Position numbers and translations under genes: made by a program | From: Eledone cirrhosa | Taxonomy: Eukaryota | DNA length: 64,000 nt | Direction: 5' to 3' | NCBI GenBank assembly: GCA_964016885.1 | Contig: OZ024741.1 | Span: 43,524,001 to 43,588,000, forward strand | Part shown: positions 1-13,122 of the stretch, piece by piece | Numbering within the stretch: the first letter of the stretch is position 1 | How the letters are laid out: every line of letters begins with the position of its first letter | The notes under the pieces: generated by a model | What the model saw: only the letters and a program-made list of their open reading frames with translations | Databases searched by the model: none | What the model was told of the DNA's origin: nothing

Positions 1-50
<50 letters not shown>

Positions 51-80
51 ATACAGACACACGCACACACACACACATAC
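1..80. repeat. (AC)n microsatellite
   Basis: Direct sequence. Confidence 0.95.
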
Positions 81-103
81 ACTCCCACACACATATCACA
101 TAT

Positions 104-232
104 AGGCGACCCAAGGCAATAGTCGACCCAAGGCAATAGTAGAAGATACTTGCCCTTGATGCCAGACTGTGGAACTGAACCTAAATTCACGCGCTTGCGT
201 AGTAGTGAGTTCATTAAACACACAGCCATACA
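104..232 (-). mobile_element. Degenerate tRNA-derived SINE 5' fragment
   Basis: Reverse complement reads TGGCTGTGTG...GGTTCAGTTCC...GGGCAAGT (A/B-box-like head); CGACCCAAGGCAATAGT is tandemly duplicated. Confidence 0.5.
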
Positions 233-2370
233 TGACCTGAATAACCATGGTTCCTATATGAACGTAATCAGACTGATTATTGGTGCGTCTTGAGGGTGGG
301 ATACATGTGTGTTTTGTATAGGTGTAGTAACTATTTAAAGCTGATGTATGTTCTAGCTTTGAAAATTAACTTCATATATTGGGATTCATTTGACTGTATA
401 TAAATAGAGAAATCGAAAATCGAGTGGGAGGTTTAGAATTTGCTGAATAATTAAAGGTATATATGAATGCTGTTAATGGATTATAGTAGACGTAGTTCAC
501 GTAATTACAGTTGTGTTGAGCTAAAGGATCATATAGGATTATCAATCTCTTTCGCATATTTCCAATTAAAGAAAAATTCCAATTAACAAAAACAAAAATC
601 CTTTAATATGATCAGCTCAACATTAATAAATGCTATCCATTGCTTAATATTGGTTTAGGAAAGCTAGTACAATTCTGGAACGAAATAAGTGAGTGGAATC
701 AGAAGCAAAGTAAAGTATACTGAAACAATAAATTACACTTTTGTAACTTGCATAGCATTGGTTTTGCTGAAGCGATTTTACAAACATATATTCCAAGGTT
801 TCATATAAACTCACTCTACTACATTATTCATTGGTAAGCCATGTCCCACGATGATCTACAAATATTGGATATTAACATTAAACATTGAATTCTGTGCATC
901 TGCAAATAAAACTAGTTGGAAAAAAAAAATAATCACCTGGCTCTTGACAGTTCGACCTACTCTGATGTTACCACTTTGACACATAAAACACTGCTCCTTA
1001 GCTACATATACGATCTATTTCTTGTTCTTTGTTATCCCTCTTGTTTTAAAACAAAGAAAATAAAACAAAATCCACTACATACTGCTAAACTAGAGTAAGT
1101 CCCCAGATGGCATTCTTTGTAATAGTAGACAGGATGGTATATTTTTACATTTCCTTTTCTATTACAATCCATACACAACATTCCTCTCTTCATCTCTGTG
1201 TTTTATGTATTATTTTCATTCAATGTCTCGTGGTTAGAAACGAAGATTAAAAAAACAGATTGCTATATCAAATCTCTGATTCTGGTATAGGAAATTTATA
1301 TAGATGTGTTTATTGTCGCATGTAACAAACAAAAAAATGTTTCTAAAATGTTTGAGTGATATGCACACTGATAAAGATGTACTCGGATTAAATGATAAGA
1401 GATATTGCAAGGGGAATCGATAAAATGTAAATGTTGCAAGAAGGTTTCACCAAATTGTGACAAAAGTAATCTTAAATAGATGTATGTTATTCTATGCTAA
1501 TGGTAGTTGTCAAATTTTACAGAAGTATCATGAAATATATTATCATAAGCATAACTCATTTACTCTCAGTGTGTTGGTTTCTGTCATTGGAGCGGGTCCC
1601 TATTGGAGAAACACATGGACTGGATAGTAGAGTATATCGATTCAAGTATTGTATTAATCTCTATTTTTGAAATACTACCTCAGGGACACGAATAAAAACA
1701 TGGACGTATACGCATAAACATACAAACCTACTGTATTCAAAATTACACACGTAAATACACAGTTACACACACACACACACTGCATCTTCATTCATAACCA
1801 TACACGCTTTCTATGCAGCCCCTTTCGACTCCTGCTATGTGTAGATGTATGTAAACTTACAAGTTCATATATATTTTTGTACATCTCCCTATGTTAGTCA
1901 GTTCACACGCACATAGCTGCTCACTCTCATAGCAGCTAGCCTGTCAAGGTCCGACCAGTATCTTTCAAACTACTGCACAAACCAACAAACACACCTGCAT
2001 GCACACACACGCAAGCGCGCAAGAACATACAGTTACGGCCGCATACACATATCCATCCCAAGTTTAGAATGATTACACCCCTACCTAAAATTCATAACGC
2101 CTAAGATTTTCATGGTCAGCAATTCCCCCAAATGGTCGACTGAATACGTACATGTCTTTTTTTTTCTCAGCGTTTTCCCCTTGCTTCACTTTCTCATTCT
2201 ACTTTAAACGTAATTTTCTATTTCTCATTCTATCTTCTGATGAATGACTAGTGTCCGAAATGTTAAACACTTTTCCTATTATTTCGCGCGTTAAAGTAAT
2301 ATGTTTCGTCATTGTATTGTGTTGTTTGCTTTGTTATTTCTGTTTACTTTTTACATACATCTCTCTATCG

Positions 2371-2454
<84 letters not shown>

Positions 2455-2484
2455 ATATATATATATATATATTTATATGTATGT

Positions 2485-2890
2485 ATGTGAATTTCTAATA
2501 TCCAATGATGTACAGTATGTTTACGAATAAACATTTGGAAAGCCTTCTAGCTGTGAATATCTTAAAAACTGGTGTCTGGAACCCTCTAGCAGAATTCAAC
2601 AGAAATAGTGGGGAACAACTGCTAACGCATTTCTAGCTCAGCTCGTCATCAGAACAGTGCTTTCCCTGCTCTCTGCTGCAATTTGAAACAGGCGAAATTA
2701 TATAAATGTTTTTGTCTCTTTAGATTTAACGCTCCAACATAGCTGTATACATATAACTATGTGAATTTCGTATATCTAATTATGTACGGTATGTTTACGT
2801 ATAAACATTTGGAAAGCCTTCTAGGTATGAATATTGAAATGCTGACGGCTAGCGCCGTCTAGTAGATTCCAGCAGAAGTAGCGGGATACT
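2485..2890 (-). repeat. Partial tandem repeat, ~274 bp period, containing a hammerhead motif
   Basis: ATGTGAATTTC...AAACATTTGGAAAGCCTTCTAG at ~2485 and ~2759. Confidence 0.75.
2618..2658 (-). ncRNA. Minimal type I hammerhead ribozyme
   Basis: Minus strand: ACUGUU CUGAUGA CGAGCUGAGCUA GAAAU GC GUU AGCAGU; 6-bp stem I with one G-U pair. Confidence 0.65.
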
Positions 2891-3994
2891 TGTCTACAGC
2901 TAAATCAGAGCGTAAACTTTTATAAATATATATATATCTGTGTGTGTATGTGTGTGTGTGTGTGTGTGTTTGACTACGGTGGTGAGTTGCCTTAACCAGA
3001 ACGTACATAACGCTACCACAACCCGAACCTATCAGTAGATAGATTCCTCACCAACTACAAATTACCCACGACCTCCAAAACGTTAGATTTGATACTTCAC
3101 CGTGTAAATTATAAAGAGACTGTAGAAATTGCTATTTTTTAAATTTTTTGTAGTCATGTTCTTTGTTTGTTAAACCTTGTTCATGTCGGTGAATATGCGT
3201 TTTTAGTTTTGACATCGTCTTTGATTGTTAGGAATTGTTGATCGCTTCATAATAGGAATTGTCTTGTAGTCTCTTGTGACGCTAAACTCCGAGAGTTGCA
3301 GACTGCGCATCAACATGTGATATCTCTCTCCATAAATTTCGATCACAACTTGTGAGTAGAGATAGTATAATAATATGGTAGTGTTCATAACGATAAAAGC
3401 ACTTCATTTATCCGTTTTCTTAATCACAAAATCATCATTGTTTTAGAATTCATGGATAAATTTCCGTTTCTTTCGACTGGTTTGAAGTTAGTTCAAAAAG
3501 TTTGGATAAAACAGATAAAACACGAACAAATAAGAATATATATATATCCAAAATTACAAACTACGCCTGTGTTCATTCACTAACAACTAATCTCTCTCTT
3601 TCACACAGACACATGCACATGCACACATAATATTTGTTCATTTTCCTATTTGACATGCTGAAGTTACAAGCCGACAACCACCACTATCAACACAATGATG
3701 AATTCTGCATGCATGTTACTAACGTAGGGACGTAGTAGAGAATAGATTTTATGCTAGACTCATGATCAACTTCAAGGTGCCAAGGTGTCTTAAAATATAA
3801 TAATTTAAGGAACGTTCTGAGAGTAAAGCAAGGGAATATTCAAGCTCCAGCTAACCATAAGATCTTACAGCAAAGCTCCGCATGTATATCGACAAAAGGA
3901 GTAAAACTGTAAATCAAACTTCCTCAGAGATATAAAGTACATTTTCCTTATATACGTACATACCCCCCCCCCCCCCACACACACATATATATAT

Positions 3995-5165
3995 AACGGC
4001 GATGAATTAGTTTTGCGAGGTTTTTTATATGAAATCGTGCGTCGAAACAAATATTGTTATACATGGGGAGGGTCATATTTGTGTAATAATATTGCCAGGA
4101 TTAATAACAGAACACACTCATTGGATACCAGAGTGTCATGTTTGTGGACGCTACCCCTGGAGGGAAATTAGCTAACCAGTGTAGAAAGGCCCTGAGAAAG
4201 ACCCACTTAAAAATCAAGGTGGTAGAAAAGCTAGGAACCACCATAAAATACCTGATCAGCAAAACCTACCCTTTTAAGAAAACCCACTGTACCAATAGGA
4301 AATGTATCATATGTAAGGTAAACCCCCGGATAAACTGTAAAACTAGAAACGTAGTCTATAGCATAAGATGTACAGAGGGTACCTGCAGAAACATGACAAC
4401 AACCTACATAGGTGAGACAGCTCGTAGCATAGGTGAAAGGATAGACCAACACTGGGGGGAACTAAAAGGACGAAAAAACGGTTCAGTACTATACGAACAT
4501 GCCAGACAACAACACGACGGTAACATAGACAATATAGAAATTAGAATAATATCTAAACATAGAAATGACCCAGCAGATAGGCAAATCAGAGAGGCCAGTG
4601 AAATAGAACTTAGAAGACCAAGACTAAACAGAAAGAATGAATGGAATAACAAGAACACCCAAACAAACAACACTGACCTAAGAGAAGTATAAATAAGTAA
4701 ATAAAATAAAATAAAATAAATAAATAAATAAATAAATACATACACAAGCACAATAAAAACAAACACATAAACACACATTAGTCACCCAATCACGAACACA
4801 CATCACACATCAAACTAAACACTATACACACACGCAAACACATGCGCAAAGAAGACAAAATAAAATAAACAAACAAGCAAATAAATAAATAAATATATAG
4901 ACAGACTGAATAAAAATGGCGTAGCCATACAATTTAACAGGAGGAAACAATAGCACCACTGACGATGTTGCAGATGTGCAACAAAAGATTTATGATAAAG
5001 TATATATATGTGTTTGTGCCTATATTGTATCTGTATTATTTTTGACCGTCAGTCAGTCAATGGCAACATTGAGGACCGAATAAATTAAATTAACCGATAT
5101 AAAAGACACAGAAGCAAAAACCAACCAAACAGTGAGTGTGTTCTGTTATTAATTCTGGCAATATT
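3995..5165 (+). mobile_element. 5'-truncated Penelope-like element (GIY-YIG end plus pLTR) with inverted pLTR fragment at 3995-4122
   Basis: Same family as 45010-50810; 4080-4122 is the reverse complement of ~5130-5165; flanked by short TA repeats. Confidence 0.9.
4138..4692 (+). CDS. PLE GIY-YIG endonuclease domain (C-terminal ORF fragment)
   Basis: NVVYSIRC...YIGETARSIGERIDQH...RQIREASEI...LNRKNEW, preceded by a Cys cluster; part of a truncated element. Confidence 0.85.
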   Translation: MFVDATPGGKLANQCRKALRKTHLKIKVVEKLGTTIKYLISKTYPFKKTHCTNRKCIICKVNPRINCKTRNVVYSIRCTEGTCRNMTTTYIGETARSIGERIDQHWGELKGRKNGSVLYEHARQQHDGNIDNIEIRIISKHRNDPADRQIREASEIELRRPRLNRKNEWNNKNTQTNNTDLREV

Positions 5166-5174
5166 ATATATATA

Positions 5175-6531
5175 TGAAAGACGTAAAATAAGAAAATTAT
5201 GAAAGTTAACTTACTTACTAAAATTTCACTCAAACTAATTAGTTTCTGAAAGGGAATAAACATGGTTTCCGAAGGAAAACATGGAGAAAGCCTTTCGTCA
5301 TCAGGGAAGTCTATTCTCAGGTAATTTCCCAGGCGATGCGTGGTCACAGGGAACTTATACAAAAATAATTCAGTGGATGGAAAAAAGCAAAGCGTGGACT
5401 AAGTTCCAAGACACTGAAAAAATCACTGCCTACTTGGTCGGTGGCAAATTCAAAAGAATCAATCACGTGAGATCGAGGTTAATCAGTGAGGAGTGGGGTT
5501 TTAAGAAGACAGCAGCCGAACCATTACTATGAACTATAGTAGCAGTTTTGGCAAATTTTTGCTCAACAAAATAATTTGGAGATAATTATAAAGAATTAGT
5601 ATATCTACCAACATATATATACAGATGCATACCTATGGTAGCAACTATATAGGTTTTGTCTTAGTAACTTTGTGGTTCAATGCAAGGGGATGCAGAACAA
5701 TTATATTAAAGACGTAAAATAAGAAAATTATAAAAATTAACTTACTTACTAAAATTTCCCTGATGACGAAAGGCTTTCTCCATGTTTTCCTTCGGAAACC
5801 ATGTATATTGCCTTTCAGAAACTAATAAGTTGGAGTGAAATTTTAGTAAGTAAGTTAATTTTAAAATTTTCTTATTTTACGTCTTTCATTTAATTGTTCT
5901 GCATCCCCTTGCATTGAACCACAAAGTTACTAAGACAAAACCTATATAGTTGCTACCATAGGTATGCATCTGTATATATATGTTGGTAGATATACTAATT
6001 CTTTATAATTATCTCCAAATTATTTTGTTGAGCAAAAATTTGTCAAGACTGCTACTATAGTTCATAGTAATGGTTCGGCTGCTGTCTTCTTAACACCACA
6101 CTCCTCACTGATTAACCTCGATCTCACGTGATTGATTCTTTTGAATTTGCCACCGACCAAGTAGGCAGTGATTTTTTCAGTGTCTTGGAACTTAGTCCAC
6201 GCTTTGCTTTTTTCCATCCACTGAATTATTTTTGTATAAGTTCCCTGTGACCACACATCGCCTGGGAACTTAGCTGAGAATAGACTTCCCTGATGACGAA
6301 AGGCTTTCTTCATGGTTTCCTTCGGAAACCATGTTTATTCCCTTTCAGAAACTAATTAGTTGGAGTGAAATTTTAGTAGGTAAGTTAAGTTTTATAATTT
6401 TCTTATTTTACGTCTTTCATATAATTGATCTGCATCCCCTTGCATTGAACCACAAAGTTACTAAGACAAAACCTATATATTTGCTAGCATAGGTATGCAT
6501 CTGTATATATATGTTGGTAGATATACTAATT

Positions 6532-6535
<4 letters not shown>
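5175..6535. mobile_element. Non-coding HHR-bearing repeat (retrozyme-like), 530-nt monomer; ~1.1 copies on minus (5175-5757) fused head-to-head to ~1.5 copies on plus (5757-6535)
   Basis: CTGATGA at 5760 and 6290 (530 apart); the inverted arm is visible; TA-repeat flanks. Confidence 0.85.
6284..6366 (+). ncRNA. Type I hammerhead ribozyme with extended stem II (other copies 5756-5836 +, 5228-5310 -)
   Basis: ACUUCC CUGAUGA C GAAAGG..CAUGGUUUC/GAAACCAUG..CCUUUC A GAAAC UAAUUA GUU GGAGU. Confidence 0.8.
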
Positions 6536-6569
<34 letters not shown>

Positions 6570-6936
6570 CGGGTTATAGATACTGTCGCTCAGAGAGTGG
6601 GATTGGATCAGTGCACAGTCTTTCCTCACTTTAAAAATTATCTACATGCTCAGACATTGCACGATAGAATTAATTAATTGTTTCTACATTTGGCACAAGG
6701 CCAGCAATTACCCTATGAATTACTGGTACTTTATTCTATCGACCCCGGAAGGATGAAAGGCAAAGTTTACCTCGGCGGGATTTAAACTCAGATCATACAG
6801 GGAGGCAACTCTATGCATCAAAGCATGGCATCCGACACTCTACCGATACTGCCAATCCACAGAATTAATTAATGACTATTAATAATGGTATATCGTGCAA
6901 TGGCCATACTCGATAACGAGGGGGCATCCATCATCA
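6570..6936. repeat. Unclassified dispersed repeat, interrupted here by a SINE; uninterrupted inverted copy at ~56660-56830
   Basis: GGGTTATAGATACTGTCGCTCAGAGAGTGGGATTGG...CATTGCACGATA matches the reverse complement of 56660-56830. Confidence 0.8.
6679..6860 (-). mobile_element. tRNA-derived SINE with Meta-type central domain, 13-bp TSD
   Basis: A box TGGCAGTATCGG, B-box-like GAGTTTAAATCCC, core GCCTTTCATCCTTCCGGGGTCGATA; TSD AGAATTAATTAAT at 6666-6678 and 6861-6873. Confidence 0.9.
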
Positions 6937-7468
6937 TGTATGTATGTATGCATTTATGTATGTATGCGAACATGTATGCATGTATGTATACATGTATATA
7001 TGTATGCATGTATGTATTTATGTAGGCATGCATGCGTGTGTGTATATATATATATGTATGAATACATAAAATATAACAATGCGGCTGTATGTGTGTATAG
7101 AACTTTCTGTCGGGCATTACAGTCTGGGTTGTTCTACGTCTTTTATTAGTTATCTCAAAGATGGTATGATTTCGATTAGGCGGAATCATTGAAGCAATGT
7201 CTTTCTATATCGAAAACACACTCGCACACACAAAAACAGAAGAACACACACACACACAAGCGCGTACGTATATATATATATATATGGAATTTTTTAAATG
7301 AATTTATTTACTTTGTTTTACTATTATCTATTTTGTGTTTCGTTAGTACATATTTGCAGAATTTCATTTTATCTTCATTCTCCAGGGATTTGACGGTTTT
7401 AGTAAAAATTTCGGACACACGATAATACTATAATCTGCAGACTGCTATTTCCATTTAATGACATATAA

Positions 7469-7583
<115 letters not shown>

Positions 7584-7706
7584 AAATATATTATATAATA
7601 AAATTATACATACACATATATATATATAAATATATATATACCTACATACATATATGCGTATGAGTATATATATTTATATAATAAAGTTATACAAACATAT
7701 ATTCAT

Positions 7707-7799
<93 letters not shown>

Positions 7800-8317
7800 T
7801 AAATATATATATATAATCATATATATATATATATATAATCATTCCAGAAGAAGAACCGAGCTATGTATCCGATTTCAATTATTTATTTCTAAATTCGTTT
7901 CTATAAGGATAGAAAAAGTGCCAATCAAATGAATTAATTAAGCCATCAGTTAGTCAATTAATTATATATATTGCACAAAATCTACTCCCCTTATATCTTC
8001 TGAAAATACTGAAAAAATAATTGAGATACTTAGTCCCGCTAAGAAAATACATAAAGAAAGACATAAGAATTATATAAGCAGGTCAGTTGTGTATCTAAAT
8101 AATAGTCCATTACTTTAATCATGTAGGACAGTATAGTGTAAGAAATAAAAACGGAATTGAAGATCACTACTGACGCTAAAATGATATTATTTAAAGTAAA
8201 ATGTAAGTATAGATATGTTGGTTTAAAGCACCAATAATAATATTGTCCATGTTAGAATATACATAACAATAGTTATGTGCTAACACGGAATCGAATGTTA
8301 TATGTATATATATATAT

Positions 8318-8945
8318 ACTAGAAGTGGTTCCCGGCATTGCACGGGGATAATTTATTTTGGAACGAGGGTCGCCAACAGAACTAATCGTGGAAAATCTGT
8401 ATGCCTGGACAATATGTAAAGAATACTCTGATGGCTGGATAATCTTTATGATTATCCTCTATAAAGCAGGAAAAATTCAGGTTTTCACCTAATGCGTGCC
8501 CTAGGGGATCAAGAAAATGAATTTTTTTGTGCATAATATGCCTTGAAATTTCGGGAATATCGGCTAGACGTAACACCTCAAAAAGCCCTAAAAAGCTGAG
8601 AGAAGGAAGTTTTTCACCTCCGCCATGAAAAAGTTGGATTTTCTTTGCTCACGGTATGAAGAAGAGTCTGACTAATACATAGTTACAATTTCAAGGAAAT
8701 CGGTCTGACGTAATGACTAAAAAAAAACATAAAAAAGCTGAAAATGCAGTTTTTCACCAAATGCGCGCCCTAGAGGATAAAAAAGTTGAATCAAAAAGTT
8801 GAATACCTTAAACATAAATAATAAACATATAAAGTTTGAAAAAATTCGGATGGGTACTTCTCGAGTCTTAGGGATTCAAACTCACAGACACACACATACA
8901 CACACACACAAACTAACACACAGAGACAGACATCCTCAGTTTTAT
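8318..8945 (+). mobile_element. Probable non-autonomous Helentron/HINE-like element
   Basis: Starts ACTAG...CCCGGCATTGCACGGG hairpin; ends CAGACATCCTCAGTTTTATATA; both termini recur inverted at 36158 and 37493. Confidence 0.55.
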
Positions 8946-9804
8946 ATATATATATATATATGTATATATATTATTTATATGTTGACACAAGAGAAACACA
9001 CATACTTGAATAAGTAAACACACATATATAACTATACACACACACACATACACACAGACACAGACAGACACAGACAGACACACACACACACACACATATA
9101 TATATATTATATATATATATATATTATGTGTGTGTGTCTGCGTGTGTGTCTGTGTGTGTCTGTGTATAGTTATATATGTGTGTTCACATATTCAACTATG
9201 TGTGTTTCTCTTGTGTAAACTTATAAATTATCATTGTCATATACATATGAATAGCCAGTCATGTAATTCAGTAATTAGGGATGTGTGCAAAACTAGCTGT
9301 CTATATGTCTATCTGTGTTTATGCCTATATGTGTACACTTGCCTATATGCCTCTTTGTATTTATGTTTGTACCTGTATCACCCTTCTTGTTTGACTGTAT
9401 GGCTGTCATTCCATATATATGTCCATCATCATGCCTGGATATGTTTCTTTATATTCAACTAAATGTTGGCTGATATTTCTAACATTGAACATAATTCATA
9501 AAAGTGAGGCTCTCTCGAACACGAGGCTTCGTGCAGGTGGTCTGAATCAAAACGGAGTTTGTTACCTTGTCATCCATTCAATAACAGAGACTTCCTAAAG
9601 ATATCGGAATAAATAATCAGATAGCTGAAACAAATATTCTCAGAATCAGATGATAGAAAATGTTTGAGAGGAAGTCAATAAATGGTAAAGAACGAACGAC
9701 GAAGGAAAACGGATGAAAATATAAAATTAATGAAAAATGAATAATTCCTGGAATAAGGAATAAAAAAGAAAACCTAGCGAATAGTGAATTGAGGAAAATG
9801 GAAA

Positions 9805-9965
9805 CAATAATTGTTTCTACTTTTGGCACAAGGCCATCAATTATCCCAGTGCATTACTGGTACTTTATTTTATCGACCTCGTAAGGATGAAAGGCAAAGT
9901 CAACCTCGGCGGGATTTGAACTCAGATCGTAAAGGGACGTAACTATGCTGGAAAGCATGGTGTCT
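9805..9965 (-). mobile_element. SINE copy (5' truncated)
   Basis: Matches 6679-6860 and 16435-16624. Confidence 0.9.
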
Positions 9966-10026
9966 AGAATAGAGAAGAACATGGAAGCAATGTATGAATA
10001 AGAGAATAGAAGAATGAATGAATAAC

Positions 10027-10215
10027 GTAATAATTGTTTCTACTTTTGGCACAAGGCCAGCAATTATCCCAGTGTATTACTACTACTTTATTTTATCGAC
10101 TTCGTAAGGAGGAACGGCAAAGTTAACCTCGGCGGGATTTGAACTCAGAATGGCAAGGGTGGTAACTCTATGCGTCAAAGCATGGCGTCCGACCCTCTAC
10201 CAATACTGCCAATCA
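10027..10215 (-). mobile_element. SINE copy
   Basis: Same family. Confidence 0.9.
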
Positions 10216-10389
10216 AACGTAATAATTAAAGAAATAAAGGTAGCGACAAGTACTAAAGAAAGCTTGAAATCATAAAATCATAAATCAAATTAGAAATAAA
10301 GGAAAATGAAAGAAATTAGTAAAGTACACAGTTATGAAAGAAGAAATGAAAGTGAAGTATATAGTAGAATGAAAGAAAGAAAACCAGGG

Positions 10390-10590
10390 TGAGCTAGAGA
10401 GAGGGAGGAGCAAAGAGAAAGAAAGAGAGGGTGAAGAGAGAGATGGGGGGGAGCAAAGAGAGAGAAATAGGGGGAAGAGAGAGAGGAGGGTGCAAAGATA
10501 GAGAAAGAGAGGGCGAAGAGAAAGAGAGGGGGAAGAGCAAAGAGAGAGAAAGAGAGGGGGAAGAGAGAGAGAGAGAGTGAGGGGAGAGAT
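10390..10590. repeat. GA-rich polypurine minisatellite (~30 bp degenerate unit)
   Basis: Recurring GCAAAGAGAGAGAAA..GGGGGAAGAG. Confidence 0.7.
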
Positions 10591-11573
10591 CACCGAGGTA
10601 AAGATGAAAATATATTTCAAGATTGAAAAAGAAATTGGAGAAATAAAGGAGAGAAGGAAAATAGAGCAACAAGAGAGAAACTTGTAAAATTTTAGGAAAA
10701 GAGAGGAACATAGAAAGAAAGGAGAACATGAAAAACTTTAAAAGAAATTATAACACAAAAATCAAAGGGATGACGTCAAAATAATACTGCTTTGTTTCGA
10801 CAATCTTAAAGAATATACTTAAAATAAAACATCGTGTGTATTCATGTAAAAGTTGTTTTCTTGATGTTATGGTTTGAGTTTTAATTTATGGCATCATCTA
10901 TCAAACGGATACTTCTTTCAGGGGACCGAAATTCCCACAAAAATCCAAAATACTGCATAAGTGAGTAGAGTTCCCAGATGATCTTTAAATTAATTAAAAA
11001 ATAAATAAAAAAAAACTATAAATTACAGTATTAATGATGGCATTAGTTATTTCCGTGGTATCCGTGGTTTTTTTGGTTCTGGATTTGGCGGCGGTGGGGT
11101 GATATTATGATGAAGATGTCGATGATGATGATGGCGATAACGATGACAGAGAAGTGGAAATAATGGTGATGGTAATTAGGATGGTGGTAGTTTTGCTACA
11201 GATGATGACGATATTGATGATGGTGGTAATGGAGATTGCGACGACGTATCTGTAATAATAGACTTTCTTTACAAGTAATCATATGTACGTATATAAATAC
11301 ACATAGACACACATATATGCTCTCTCTCAATCTCTCTCTAACACACACACACTATTATATATATACTAGTGTTGTAGTTTGGTTAAAGCATTGTTGAATA
11401 GGAAACACAAATTTAAACAATCTTGAAAACCCTACAATTGACTAGAAAGAAATTAAAATTGTTAAGATAGCAAAAGAATCTTACCTTATATATATCACTG
11501 AAATGTTTATGCAATGATTCTATCAGTGATAGTCCCTCTTTCTAATGTTATACCTTTATATATATATATATAA

Positions 11574-11988
<415 letters not shown>

Positions 11989-12372
11989 TGTGTGTGTTTT
12001 TCTAATCTTAGTCTTTATTTACCTTTTATATGTATTTATATAATTTTCTTCTTGTATGATGTTTTGTATATGTTTAACTTTCTTGTGTTTATTCTATACA
12101 TAACTGATCTTTATAAATTTCTGATTGAGTCGTTTTAAATATATAGTCGATTGTGTATTTATCTAGTTACCGGCACACTTAGATACTTGTTTCAGCCATA
12201 CCTACTGCATCAATAGGATATGAACCCCAGCCAGACATCCAATTAATACATCAGTTACACATTATAGCCCTTTTTTCTTCCTTGGGTTACGAAGCGGGGT
12301 CTGGATTCAACGGTATAGTATTGATGCCACATCACACATATATACATGTACACATATTATTACTTGACACAG

Positions 12373-12512
12373 AGAGTTACGGCCCTTGTCATTCTGTGTT
12401 CAAATCCCGCCGAGGTTAACTTTACCTTTTATCCTTACGGGGTCGAAAAAATAAAGTACCAGTAATGCACTGGTTAATTGCTGGCCTTGTGCCAAAAGTA
12501 GAAACAATTATT
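12373..12512 (+). mobile_element. SINE copy (5' truncated)
   Basis: Same family. Confidence 0.9.
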
Positions 12513-13122
12513 ACATATGTGAATGATAATGGCACATTGGTACTGTATAATTGGTATCATGTGTACAGTATTAAATGTGCTGGATTTCTCTGCACACGTT
12601 AGCCCCTTACGGATTTTCGTTCATCCTTAAACGTTTAATTATTCAATTTTTTATTTTATCTTATTTTTCATATGATTCTTATCTATAGGTTACTTTTATT
12701 TACTTTGCAGTTTTTATATTCATTTTGTTTACAGTCGCACCGCTTCTTTACATCTCAATTTACATATCTAGTTATAGCTCAAATTTATATTTATATTTTA
12801 CTTCCTTTATCTTATCTCTAGTCCTTTGTTTTATTTTTGCTTCTGTGTATCGTTTAAACGCACGGTTTATATTTTAAGTACCCCTCTCCTTGGTTCACAC
12901 CACCGTTCCACATACGACCGCTACACAGGTGTCTAAATATATTTTCACACCACTGTCTAAATGTATTTTCCCTAACATTCTAGTATGGCCTGAGCAACAC
13001 CCGCAGAAATTTTTTAGAATAGCCGCTTTAATCTATAAATCGTAACACACTCCTTTAATAAATATGCTCTCAAATGCCATACACATCTATCAGTCTATCT
13101 ACCTATCTATCTATTCTAGCTT

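Noticed and set aside
2231-2268. CTGATGA..GAC/GTC..GAAATGTT candidate
   Set aside because: Stem I only 2 bp; cannot be told from chance or decay.
5281-6313. Duplicated 83-aa ORFs (5281-5532, 6062-6313)
   Set aside because: Antisense to the ribozyme strand, duplicated only because of the inversion, and not preserved in the related 555-nt family.
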